In this document: positions 18,601 through 27,493 of the stretch, one piece after another
Layout: each line of letters opens with the position of its first letter
How positions within the stretch are numbered: position 1 is the first letter of the stretch
Notes under the pieces: model-generated
Seen by the model: only the letters and a program-made list of their open reading frames with translations
Database searches by the model: none
Told to the model about the DNA's origin: nothing
Translations under genes and position numbers: made by a program
Assembly (NCBI GenBank): GCA_900543045.1
Contig: UQPT01000002.1
Span: 17,646 to 81,645, forward strand
Length of the DNA stretch: 64,000 nucleotides
Direction of reading: 5' to 3'
Source: an uncultured Collinsella sp.
Lineage (GTDB): Bacteria > Actinomycetota > Coriobacteriia > Coriobacteriales > Coriobacteriaceae

Positions 18601-19080
18601 ATGGCCAAATCCATTCAACATAACGTGGCCTACGTTGCCTGCGGAAGCGGTTGCGCCTCCGCAGGCGGCGACGCCCGCTGCAGCGAAGGCTGCATTGGCT
18701 GTGGCGCCTGCGTCACGGCCTGCCCCCACGGTGCCATTGCGCTGGTCGATGGCATCGCCCGCGTGGATCGCTCCAAGTGCACGGGCTGTGGCCTGTGCGG
18801 CATGGCGTGCCCGCAGCGTGTAATTGCCTTCGTTCCCGGCTATCAGAACATCCTGGTGCGCTGCAACAATACCGATAAGGGCGCCATTGCGCGCAAGATC
18901 TGCGACACGAGCTGCATCGGTTGCGGCATGTGCGCCAAAAAGTGCCCCGCCGGCGCTATCCGCATTGAGGACAACTGCGCCCATATCGACGGCGCGGACT
19001 GCCTGTCGTGCGGCATGTGCGCTGTCGTCTGCCCGCATGGCGCCATCCACGACCGCACCGGCATCGCCGCCGGCGTGTAG
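18601..19080 (+). CDS. Soluble polyferredoxin resembling the RnfB C-terminal region
   Basis: Four CxxCxxCxxxCP motifs plus VRCNNTDKG...ICDTSCIGCG typical of RnfB; no N-terminal membrane anchor. Confidence 0.8.
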   Translation: MAKSIQHNVAYVACGSGCASAGGDARCSEGCIGCGACVTACPHGAIALVDGIARVDRSKCTGCGLCGMACPQRVIAFVPGYQNILVRCNNTDKGAIARKICDTSCIGCGMCAKKCPAGAIRIEDNCAHIDGADCLSCGMCAVVCPHGAIHDRTGIAAGV

Positions 19081-19092
19081 AAGGGAATCACC

Positions 19093-21870
19093 ATGGCACA
19101 GGAATTCACTTTTACCGTTAACGGCGTCGAGCGCACGACGACTCAGAACAAGCCGCTGCTCCGCTACTTGCGCGACGACCTGCACATCCATTCCGCTAAG
19201 GACGGCTGCTCCGAGGGTGCCTGCGGTACCTGCACCATCCATGTAGACGGCGCGGCCGTCAAGGCGTGCGTGCTGACCACCGCCCTTGCCGCCGGCCGCA
19301 ACATCGTGACCGTCGAGGGCCTGCCCGAGGACGTGCGCGAGGCCTTTGTGTACGCCTTTGGCGCCGTGGGTGCCGTGCAGTGCGGTTTTTGCATCCCCGG
19401 CATGGTCATGGCGGGTGCCGCGCTCATAGCCGAGGATCCCGAGCCCACCGAGGAGCAGATCAAGTACGCCATCCGCGGTAACGTCTGCCGCTGCACCGGC
19501 TACAAGAAGATCATCGAGGGCATTTCGCTGGCAGCTGCGGTGCTCCGCGGCGAAAAGCAGATCGACGAGGACCTGGAGCGCGGCGACGACTACGGCGTGG
19601 GCAAGCGCGCCTTCCGTATCGACGTGCGCAAGAAGGTGCTCGGCGAGGGCAAGTATCCCGATGACATCGACGAGCTCGATCAGCCGGGTCTGACCTACGC
19701 CAGCGCCGTGCGCTCCAAGTATCCGCGCGCCCGCGTGCTCTCCATCGATACCTCCAAGGCCGAGGCCCTGCCCGGCGTGGTGGGGATCCTGCGCGCCGAG
19801 GACGTGCCGGTCAACCAGGTCGGCCACCTTATCCAGGACTGGGACGTCATGATCGCCCAGGGCGATATCACCCGCTGCGTGGGTGACGCCATCGTGCTGG
19901 TGGTTGCCGAGGACGAGGCGACGCTCGAGAAGGCCAAGAAGCTCGTAAAGATCGATTACGAGCCGCTGAAGCCCGTGCGCAACATTGTCGAGGCCAGGGC
20001 TGCCGACGCCCCGCGTCTGCACGACAGCTTCTTTGCCTTTGGCAACACGGTGGAGCTCAAGGACAACGTGTGCCAGAGCCGCCATGTGACGCGCGGCGAC
20101 GCCGCCAAGGCGCTGGCAGAGAGCGCGTTCACCGTGACGCAGCGCTTTACCACGCCCTTTACCGAGCATGCCTTCTTGGAGCCCGAGTGCGCCGTTGCCT
20201 TCCCGTACAAGAACGGCGTCAAGGTGCAGTCGACCGACCAGGGTGCCTACGACACACGCAAAGAGTGCGCCCACATGTTTGGCTGGGACAACGAGCCCGA
20301 GCGCGTGGTCGTCGAGACCATGCTCGTGGGTGGCGGCTTTGGCGGCAAGGAGGACGTGTCCATCCAGCACTTGGCCGCGCTCGCCGCCTATAAGTTCCAG
20401 CGTCCTGTGAAGTGCAAGCTCACACGTGCCGAGTCGCTCGCTTTCCATCCCAAGCGCCACGCCATGGACGGCACCTTTACGCTGGGCTGCGACGCCGAGG
20501 GCAACTTTACCGGCCTGGACTGCGAGATCAACTTTGACACCGGCGCCTACGCGTCGCTGTGCGGCCCGGTGCTCGAGCGCGCCTGCACGCATGCCGTCGG
20601 CCCCTACAAGTACCAGAACACCGACATTCGCGGCTTTGGCTACTACACCAACAACCCGCCCGCCGGCGCGTACCGCGGCTTTGGCGTTTGCCAGTCCGAG
20701 TTTGCGCTCGAGAGCTTGATCGACTTGCTGGCAGAGAAGGTCGGCCTGGACCCGTGGGAGATTCGTTACAGAAACGCCATCGAGCCGGGCGAGGTTTTGC
20801 CCAACGGCCAGATTGCCGATTGCTCCACGGCGCTTAAGGAGACGCTGCTCGAGGTCAAGGATGCCTACTATGCGCATCCCGGACACGCCGGTATCGCCTG
20901 CGCCATGAAGAACGCCGGCGTGGGCGTGGGCCTGCCCGATGCCGGCCGCTGCAAGATTCGCGTCGAGGATGGCGTGGCCGTGGTCTATGCCGCCACGTCC
21001 GACATCGGCCAGGGCTGCAACACCGTCTTTTTGCAGGACGTTGCCGAGGCCTGCGGTCTGCCGCTGAGCTGCATCGCCAACGGCGAGTGCTCTACCGAGA
21101 ACGCTCCCGACTCCGGCACCACGTCTGGCTCGCGTCAGACGGTCGTGACCGGCGAGGCTGTGCGCGGCGCCGCTTTCCTGCTGCGCGATGCCATGGTTGG
21201 CATCGAGGCCGGCAAGCCTGCGCCCGCCGCTCCCGTGAGCGCGCATGGCGACGGCGTCAAGATCGAGTACGACGACGGTCGCGCCTATCAGCTGCGCGCG
21301 CAGGAGCTCGTCGCTGGTCAGGGTATGCATCCTCAGGACCCCGCGACCGCCATCAAGGCGCTCGAGGGATGCGAGTTTGGCTACGTGTATCTGGAGCCGA
21401 CCGACAAACTGGGCGCCGACGTCCCCAACCCCAAGAGCCACATCTGCTACGGCTTTGCCACGCATGTGGTCATTCTGGATGATGACGGCCGCGTGAGCGA
21501 GGTCTATGCCGCGCACGATTCCGGCAAGGTGGTCAACCCCATCTCCATCCAGGGTCAGATCGAAGGCGGCGTGCTCATGGGTATGGGCTATGCGCTTAGC
21601 GAGGATTGGCCGCTCAAGGACTGCGTGCCCCAGGCAAGGTACGGCACGCTCGGGCTGTTCCGTGCGCCCGAGATTCCGGATATCCACGCCATCTACGTGG
21701 AGAAGGACGAGCTACTGCCCGTGGCATACGGCGGCAAGGGCATCGGCGAGATCGCAACGATCCCCACAGCGCCCGCCGTACAGAATGCCTATCGCGCATT
21801 TGACGGCAAGCTGCGTCCGGATCTGCCCATGGTGGATACGCCGTACAGCCGCGCCCGTCACCGCGGGTAG
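19093..21870 (+). CDS. xdh: Selenium-dependent xanthine dehydrogenase-family molybdoenzyme (fused 2Fe-2S + Moco subunit)
   Basis: KDGCSEGACGTC, QCGFCIPG, VCRCTGY, GGGFGGKE, GAYRGFG, GQIEGG and KGIGE; yqeB/yqeC/xdhC in the same cluster. Confidence 0.92.
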   Translation: MAQEFTFTVNGVERTTTQNKPLLRYLRDDLHIHSAKDGCSEGACGTCTIHVDGAAVKACVLTTALAAGRNIVTVEGLPEDVREAFVYAFGAVGAVQCGFCIPGMVMAGAALIAEDPEPTEEQIKYAIRGNVCRCTGYKKIIEGISLAAAVLRGEKQIDEDLERGDDYGVGKRAFRIDVRKKVLGEGKYPDDIDELDQPGLTYASAVRSKYPRARVLSIDTSKAEALPGVVGILRAEDVPVNQVGHLIQDWDVMIAQGDITRCVGDAIVLVVAEDEATLEKAKKLVKIDYEPLKPVRNIVEARAADAPRLHDSFFAFGNTVELKDNVCQSRHVTRGDAAKALAESAFTVTQRFTTPFTEHAFLEPECAVAFPYKNGVKVQSTDQGAYDTRKECAHMFGWDNEPERVVVETMLVGGGFGGKEDVSIQHLAALAAYKFQRPVKCKLTRAESLAFHPKRHAMDGTFTLGCDAEGNFTGLDCEINFDTGAYASLCGPVLERACTHAVGPYKYQNTDIRGFGYYTNNPPAGAYRGFGVCQSEFALESLIDLLAEKVGLDPWEIRYRNAIEPGEVLPNGQIADCSTALKETLLEVKDAYYAHPGHAGIACAMKNAGVGVGLPDAGRCKIRVEDGVAVVYAATSDIGQGCNTVFLQDVAEACGLPLSCIANGECSTENAPDSGTTSGSRQTVVTGEAVRGAAFLLRDAMVGIEAGKPAPAAPVSAHGDGVKIEYDDGRAYQLRAQELVAGQGMHPQDPATAIKALEGCEFGYVYLEPTDKLGADVPNPKSHICYGFATHVVILDDDGRVSEVYAAHDSGKVVNPISIQGQIEGGVLMGMGYALSEDWPLKDCVPQARYGTLGLFRAPEIPDIHAIYVEKDELLPVAYGGKGIGEIATIPTAPAVQNAYRAFDGKLRPDLPMVDTPYSRARHRG

Positions 21871-21938
21871 GGTAGAGCGCGGATGGCATTTCTGACGGGC
21901 TGTTCGCGCTCACCATCAACTGCATATGCTGTGCCTTT

Positions 21939-21970
21939 GGCCCCGGCTCCATCGCGAGCCGGGGCCTTTT
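21939..21970 (+). terminator. Intrinsic terminator after xdh
   Basis: GGCCCCGGCTC / GAGCCGGGGCC followed by TTTT. Confidence 0.75.
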
Positions 21971-21986
21971 GTTTGGAGCGGAAACT

Positions 21987-22121
21987 GTGTCCCGGAATAG
22001 GCGCTCAGAATGGGATGCGCTTTCCCCTTGGAGCCCTCGGCGGAGATTGCATCCCAGAATCCGCGCCTGGAATGGGACACACGATTGTCCGTGCCCGCAT
22101 CCCACCATATTCGGGATGCGG
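21987..22121. repeat. Cluster of TCCC/GGGA palindromic repeats
   Basis: Two related 32-nt units TCCC(G/A)GAATnnGCGCnnnGAATGGGA at 21987 and 22049, and a CCGCATCCC/GGGATGCGG hairpin. Confidence 0.5.
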
Positions 22122-22277
22122 GTTTCTGCGCTTTTGTGCATCAGACAAGCAGCTGCTTTTGGCGGCTCTCCCGGGCTGCGCATCGCTTGTGATGTCGATG
22201 CGACCGACCAGAGAGTCGGCGCATTGGTCAATCGCATTACAAAAGACAGGTTTATTGAGATTGGTGAACTGACGGCC

Positions 22278-22304
22278 ATGGCCCATACCATTGTGGTTGC
22301 CTAG
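22278..22304 (+). pseudogene. Probable carbamate kinase (arcC/yqeA-like) N-terminal stub
   Basis: MAHTIVVA* resembles the start of carbamate kinases (IV.ALGGNA); it sits in a cluster that usually encodes this enzyme, at the edge of lower-GC DNA. Confidence 0.5.
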
Positions 22305-22350
22305 ATTGAAAGCTGAGATGGAAAGTGCTTTCGGACAGGAGGGCAATATC

Positions 22351-22383
22351 AAGCCCCACGTTCCCTGTGGGAAGTGGGGCTTT
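22351..22383. terminator. Hairpin/terminator after the minus-strand island operon
   Basis: AAGCCCCAC...GTGGGGCTT inverted repeat. Confidence 0.6.
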
Positions 22384-22406
22384 CAAGGGCTGCTAGTTAA
22401 TAGTTA

Positions 22407-22625
22407 TTAGAGGTAGCCGTTCAGCCAATCGGGCATATTGGGATCGTCAATGCTCCACGAATCTTCTTCATGCTCGCTTTCTTCCCAGTTGCTTTCGTCC
22501 CCATCGAAGAACTTGCGCCTATTACACTTGTATTTGACAACCGTGTCGCCCTCACGGCGGTATTCATTCCAGTAGTAGTTTTGCTTTCCGTATCCGTTCC
22601 ATTCTTGAGTTCTGTATATGACCAT
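22407..22625 (-). CDS. Small acidic, Trp/Tyr-rich hypothetical protein
   Basis: 72-aa ORF with strong RBS AAGGAG; last gene of a three-gene minus-strand unit. Confidence 0.7.
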   Translation of the reverse strand: MVIYRTQEWNGYGKQNYYWNEYRREGDTVVKYKCNRRKFFDGDESNWEESEHEEDSWSIDDPNMPDWLNGYL

Positions 22626-22676
22626 GGTGTCTCCTTTTCGTTTGCGTACGCGGGGCGCACGGTGTATCAGATTTGA

Positions 22677-23204
22677 CTACTGGGCTATGACTTGCGCAAT
22701 GTGAGTTTTTTTGGCGTTAATGCTCGCAAGTTCGTCGGAAGTAAAAACAAACGGGACAACCGCTTCATCCCATTCGATATTTGAGAAGGTATAACCGGCG
22801 CGCGTTACTTTGACTGTTTCTTTCCCAAAGAGTTTGCCGACTTCTGTGAGCTTGTAACCCCAGGGCTCTTTTGTCATCATTCCGCTGGAGACGAGACGCT
22901 TGTTAACTGCCTGATTCGAAAGAAGCAAGTCATGTCCGAGTCCCGTTGCAGTCTTCTTGACTCCGGTAAGGTTGACCACTGGCAAGGAGGCCTTTTCTGC
23001 TGCCTTAGCAATCGTGGCAACACCTTTGTCTGCGCCGTTGCAAATAGTTTTGAATTTAGGCGTATGGCCCGTTTTCGCGGCAATCGTAATGCTAACGATT
23101 GAACTGATTGCCACAAATACACCGATGCCAATCTGGACTTTGTGCTGCTCGAGCCACACGAGGCCTTTGTTCTTTGCGGGCAGATCAGTGTTTTCCGACT
23201 CCAA
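22677..23204 (-). CDS. Hypothetical protein: N-terminal TM helix plus antirepressor (KilA-C)-like C-terminal domain
   Basis: TM segment IGIGVFVAISSIVSITI; TATGLG...SNQAVNKRL...G...YKLTEVGK pattern; TTG start with GAGG RBS. Confidence 0.6.
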   Translation of the reverse strand: MESENTDLPAKNKGLVWLEQHKVQIGIGVFVAISSIVSITIAAKTGHTPKFKTICNGADKGVATIAKAAEKASLPVVNLTGVKKTATGLGHDLLLSNQAVNKRLVSSGMMTKEPWGYKLTEVGKLFGKETVKVTRAGYTFSNIEWDEAVVPFVFTSDELASINAKKTHIAQVIAQ

Positions 23205-23216
23205 TTTCTGTACACC

Positions 23217-23672
23217 TCATTTCTTGATTGATTTTGCAAGTTGATATGCAAGAGAGCCCAATGCCGGAATCAATGCCGATGAAGCGGGGATTAGGGCGGC
23301 GGTGAGAGCGGTTGCTCCAACTATGGCGCTCTGCTTAGTAGCTGCCTCTTGTTGTGTCCCCTTCTCATCCCCTTCTTTAAGGGCATTTTGCATCTTCTCT
23401 AGTTTGGGTGCTACTGGTTGGTCAACGAATAGCTGAATTATTTTTGCCAGATCCTCGTTTCCGCTGACGGCGATTTCGTTGTTGAATACCGCCCTGATGG
23501 CGAGATAGTGCATCTTCGTCATCTGCGTTTTACCCGTCTCAAGGCTGCTGACGGTTTGCTTTGTTATGCCTAGTTCGTTCGCAAGCCGTTCGCCACTCCA
23601 GCCCGCCGCCTTGCGAATGGTTGACAGGTGAGCTTGGAGCCTGCTGACTAGTTCATCATCCGTTGAAGTCAT
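23217..23672 (-). CDS. XRE-family HTH regulator with hydrophobic C-terminal tail
   Basis: IRKAAGWSGERLANELGITKQTVSSLETGK is an HTH_3 pattern. Confidence 0.85.
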   Translation of the reverse strand: MTSTDDELVSRLQAHLSTIRKAAGWSGERLANELGITKQTVSSLETGKTQMTKMHYLAIRAVFNNEIAVSGNEDLAKIIQLFVDQPVAPKLEKMQNALKEGDEKGTQQEAATKQSAIVGATALTAALIPASSALIPALGSLAYQLAKSIKK

Positions 23673-24244
23673 TTCTGCCTCACATATAGTAAAGAATCTT
23701 TATTACTGTCAGATATTATATACCCAGTCAGAAATTTAGCAATTACTAAGTGAGTCTTAGTTTATTCGGCTGGCTCCTGAATCTCCTCAGTTTTAAACTG
23801 AATTGAAAACGATACCGACGCCGGCGTCTTGTTCTCATGTTTTAAAGGTATGGGCAGGTATTGTTCGACAGACGATGGCCTCGATGCCGATTTCATGCAT
23901 CCCCTCAGGGGTCATCCGTCCAGGAACCTGTTTTCCATCGTTGCGTGGTCAGCGAGACGTGCAAGGAGCACATCGACCGTATGGGCGGCTGTTATTTCTG
24001 CACAGTTGAGAGGGCATCTTGGAAGACGTGTCCATGGCGATTTTGGGAGACGCTAACCGCTTGGATTATAGTGGACGGTCGGTCTTAGAGGCCTATGGGT
24101 GGGAGATGTTGTTTCACTTGCCAACGACCGGCCGGGGTCTGGCTTAACCGACGTGGAACGTGATTGCACCATCTGGTAGCAAGTCGAGTTGCAGATGAGT
24201 ACACCCGATCGTGTGGAATAAGGCTTCAGGAGCGCTCCGCCTGT

Positions 24245-24667
24245 TTACACCCCCGCAATCCCGCGCGCGGCACTCAGCAGCTCATACTCCCTCTGGCTCC
24301 ACTGGTGCAGCTTGGCAGCCTCGACGGCATCACGACACAAGTCCAAAAACACCTCGGCGCCCTCGCAGAAGCACTCACGGGCAAAGTCACCCGAGCCGCT
24401 TGCGACGCACGAGCCGTCGGCAAAGAGCTTCCAGCTGGACGACTCGCGCGAGTCGTCTCCGAGCAGCTTGATCTGTAGCACGTGCGGGTCGCCGGCAACG
24501 CAGAGCTCTTCCTCGAGCACCTGCACGGTAAAGCGCATCTGGTGGGAGAGGCTGCTCTTGACCATGGCCGAGGCATAGCCGTTCGGCTTGTCCAGAAGAT
24601 GCATTCGTTTTGGCTTGGCTACCAGGTTGTGGAAGTTGCGCTCACTGCGCACGGAGAAATTGTCCAT
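24245..24667 (-). CDS. Hypothetical protein (140 aa)
   Basis: ATG at 24667 (MDNFSV...) follows RBS AAAGGAG; host-like codon usage. Confidence 0.65.
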   Translation of the reverse strand: MDNFSVRSERNFHNLVAKPKRMHLLDKPNGYASAMVKSSLSHQMRFTVQVLEEELCVAGDPHVLQIKLLGDDSRESSSWKLFADGSCVASGSGDFARECFCEGAEVFLDLCRDAVEAAKLHQWSQREYELLSAARGIAGV

Positions 24668-24886
24668 ACGGACTCCTTTCATCGATGTTGGCAGGGCCAC
24701 CGTGCCTCTTGGCCGGTTGGCGTCGGGATCGTGGAGCCAACTCTCTACCCCGACTCTGGATAAAACGCGCCCGCTCCTTGCTGGCACGATGGAGTCTATC
24801 AGCGCGCGCGGACACAAATCAAGCGCCGCCTGCGAAATGATGTGCAGACGGCGCTTGATTTCGCCGGCTGCTGTTAGGCTTAAATC

Positions 24887-25002
24887 CGAAAAAGTGTCGA
24901 AATATCCCGTGTAAAAGTACGGAAAAGTATCGTAATACACACTTCAAAATCTCGAAAAAGTGTCGAAATGAGCATCTAGCAACCACGGAAAAGTGTATCC
25001 TA
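24887..25002 (+). repeat. Four-unit repeat/spacer array, exact 33-bp period
   Basis: CG(A/G)AAAAGT(G/A)TCG(A/T)AAT at 24887, 24920, 24953 and a degenerate copy at 24986, separated by 16-nt non-identical spacers. Confidence 0.85.
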
Positions 25003-25035
25003 ATGCTAAAACAGCACGTAATAAGGGGTGCGCTT

Positions 25036-26358
25036 ATGCTACAGAGAAAAGCGAAAGCACAGTTTGAATCTTGGCTTGCCTCGTCGCCTAACAAGGCTCT
25101 TTTGGTCAAGGGCGCCCGACAGGTAGGAAAGTCATATTTGGTCAACGTCTTTGCAAATGAATCGTTCGAAAATGTCGTGACGTTCGACCTTATCGCCGAC
25201 GCGTCCGTGCGCGATTCGTTTTTGGCGGCGAAAAGTGCGGATGATCTGCTTATGCGTATGTCTATTGCTGCAACGCAGCCGATGGTTGCGAACAAGACCG
25301 TTGTGGTTATCGACGAGGTGCAGCGATGCCCCAACGTGGTGACGTTTATCAAATATCTGGTCCAGCGCGGCGACTTTCGATACATCCTTACCGGATCGCT
25401 CCTTGGCGTTGAGCTCGAGGGCATCGATTCCCTGCCGGTGGGGTATGTCGAGCAGGTCCAGATGTACCCGCTCGACTTTGAGGAGTTTTGCTGGGCAAAT
25501 GGCGTTGGTGCCAGCGTGTTTGACATGCTCAGGGGCTGTCTAAAGAATGAGGGGGAGCTTCCCGGCTATCTGTATGACCGCTTGCTCGATCTGTTCCATC
25601 AGTATGTGGTGGTGGGAGGCATGCCCGACGCGGTCAATTCCTTCTTGGCGACGCGCAATGTCGACGAGGTTCGAAACATCCACCGCGATCTTCACGCCCT
25701 GTATCGCGATGACATCGCAAAGTACGCTCCGCCCGAGCTGCGCTTGGTTATTCGCGATATCTATGATCTGATTCCCAGCGAGGCCGGTTCCAAAAACAAG
25801 CGATTCAAACTGTCATCGATTAACGGTGTCAAACGTTTTTCGCAGGTGACAGATCATTTCCTCTGGCTATCGGAGGCGGGTGTCGCGCTTCCTGTGTATA
25901 ACGTAACGGCGCCCGTGGCACCCCTTTTATTGGGGGAGCAACGAAATCTGTTTAAGCTGTTTTACTTGGACACCGGAATGCTTATGTCGTCGTATTCCAA
26001 AAGGGTCGCCCAAGGCGTTTTTGATGGGGAGGCAGAAGGCCCCTTTGGCATGAATATGGGGGCGGCATTCGAGGGCTTCGTTGCCCAAGAGCTCAAAGCC
26101 CACGGATTTAGATTGCGCTACTTTACGTCCAAAAAGGTCGGTGAGCTCGATTTTGTGGAAGAGACGTTCGATGGGGAAGTGCTCGCCATCGAGGTCAAAT
26201 CGGGCAAGAGTTTTAAGTCCCACGCGGCGCTCGATAACGCACTGGCAACGAAGGGCTACGGAATCGATCGCGCCCTGGTACTTGCGGAATGTAATCTTCA
26301 CCGCGATGGTGACGTGCTGTATCTGCCCATCTTTATGGCAGGGCTTTTGGAGCCGTAA
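25036..26358 (+). CDS. AAA_14 ATPase with DUF4143 and C-terminal PD-(D/E)XK-like domain
   Basis: Walker A GARQVGKS, Walker B IDEVQ, LTGS, YPLDFEEF, GGMP, KLFYLDTG and ELDFV...IEVKSG. Confidence 0.9.
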   Translation: MLQRKAKAQFESWLASSPNKALLVKGARQVGKSYLVNVFANESFENVVTFDLIADASVRDSFLAAKSADDLLMRMSIAATQPMVANKTVVVIDEVQRCPNVVTFIKYLVQRGDFRYILTGSLLGVELEGIDSLPVGYVEQVQMYPLDFEEFCWANGVGASVFDMLRGCLKNEGELPGYLYDRLLDLFHQYVVVGGMPDAVNSFLATRNVDEVRNIHRDLHALYRDDIAKYAPPELRLVIRDIYDLIPSEAGSKNKRFKLSSINGVKRFSQVTDHFLWLSEAGVALPVYNVTAPVAPLLLGEQRNLFKLFYLDTGMLMSSYSKRVAQGVFDGEAEGPFGMNMGAAFEGFVAQELKAHGFRLRYFTSKKVGELDFVEETFDGEVLAIEVKSGKSFKSHAALDNALATKGYGIDRALVLAECNLHRDGDVLYLPIFMAGLLEP

Positions 26359-26395
26359 CGTGCCGCCGACTCTTCCGACCCTCCCTTAGCCCTCG

Positions 26396-27370
26396 CTACT
26401 CGTCGTCCCCGTCGTTGGGGTCGCCCTTGAGGGTGTTGATGTCCAGATACTCGTTATCGTCCTCTTTTTGCTGGGTCTCCGACTCCGCTTGGGTGGGGCC
26501 GGAGAACAGCCGGAATCCCTCAAACGCAATGACACCGAGCAGGGCAATGACAATGGCGATAAAGGCAACCTTGACTGCCTGCGGAAATTCCGAGAAACGC
26601 AGCGCCTTTTCCTCGGCGTAATAATCGGCGAAGCATTCTTCGCCTGTGCTTTTGGTATACACCGGCGCGGACGCGGCCTCCGGGTCATATTCCGGTGCAG
26701 GCGTGGCAGCGTACGGATCGTTGAGATAATCGCTCGATGCGGTGCCATAATCCTCGGTCTCGATGCGACCGTTGCCAGCATAGCCATCGGAATAATCGGA
26801 AAATGCCGTACCGCTCTCATAGTCCGCGGCACTCGTGTTGGCGGCAAAAAGCGGGTTAACTGGAACGTCGAGCGCCGGCATGCCGGTAGAGGTCTCATCC
26901 AGATCGGTTGCAGCCCAGGAATCGTAGGCAACCTGATGGGCAACGGGCTCATCGAGCCTTGTGACCGGAGGCTTGCGTGCCGCAGGAACAGGCAACTGCT
27001 GGGCGCTGTACATAACGGTGCTGTCGGCCGATTTGCCCTGCGTCGCTGCAGCGAGAAATGCCGCCGTTTCGGACGGGTCGCTTGCGGGGCGGGGAGCGGG
27101 CGTGGTCGCCGAAGTGAGTGCGGGCGTCGAAACAGGCGACTGCGCAGGAGTCGGCGCAGATGCGGGCTTAGGCGCAAGTGCGGGATTGAGGCTTGACGGA
27201 CGAGCCCCGCCGCCCATGAGTTCGTCGGCGGTCCACGGGCGATCATTCATCACGTCGTCAAGGCTCAGCGAAAACAGGTCGTCTTCACCCTCATCGAACA
27301 TGCGGTGCACATGTCCACCAATTGCCGGAATCAATCCGCGACCGGTGCATGATGCCTTGCTCAACGCCAT
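26396..27370 (-). CDS. Hypothetical acidic, low-complexity protein with one C-terminal TM helix
   Basis: Pro/Ala/Asp/Tyr-rich ORF with TM VAFIAIVIALLGVIAF; start uncertain (27370 or the downstream MFDEG). Confidence 0.6.
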   Translation of the reverse strand: MALSKASCTGRGLIPAIGGHVHRMFDEGEDDLFSLSLDDVMNDRPWTADELMGGGARPSSLNPALAPKPASAPTPAQSPVSTPALTSATTPAPRPASDPSETAAFLAAATQGKSADSTVMYSAQQLPVPAARKPPVTRLDEPVAHQVAYDSWAATDLDETSTGMPALDVPVNPLFAANTSAADYESGTAFSDYSDGYAGNGRIETEDYGTASSDYLNDPYAATPAPEYDPEAASAPVYTKSTGEECFADYYAEEKALRFSEFPQAVKVAFIAIVIALLGVIAFEGFRLFSGPTQAESETQQKEDDNEYLDINTLKGDPNDGDDE

Positions 27371-27493
27371 TCTGTTCCATCCTTCCGAAATACTAATGAC
27401 ATCGATTATATGGAACTTTCCAAGCGGCTCGGTCTTGGATTCATGCTTTCCAGAACTCGCGCCCAAAAGGGGAGGGGCAATCCAGGCGAGTGC

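Noticed and set aside
23803..24240. Short ORFs between the XRE gene and the 140-aa hypothetical
   Set aside because: Overlapping, no convincing RBS or motifs; cannot be supported as genes.
24668..24940. N-terminal extension of the minus-strand ORF to 231 aa
   Set aside because: It runs through the hairpin and repeat array; a strong RBS supports the start at 24667.
24887..25002. CRISPR array
   Set aside because: The 17-nt repeats and 16-nt spacers are too short, and the adjacent protein is not a recognisable Cas.
22305..27400. Intact prophage or integrative element
   Set aside because: No integrase, transposase or structural genes, and no flanking att direct repeats were seen.
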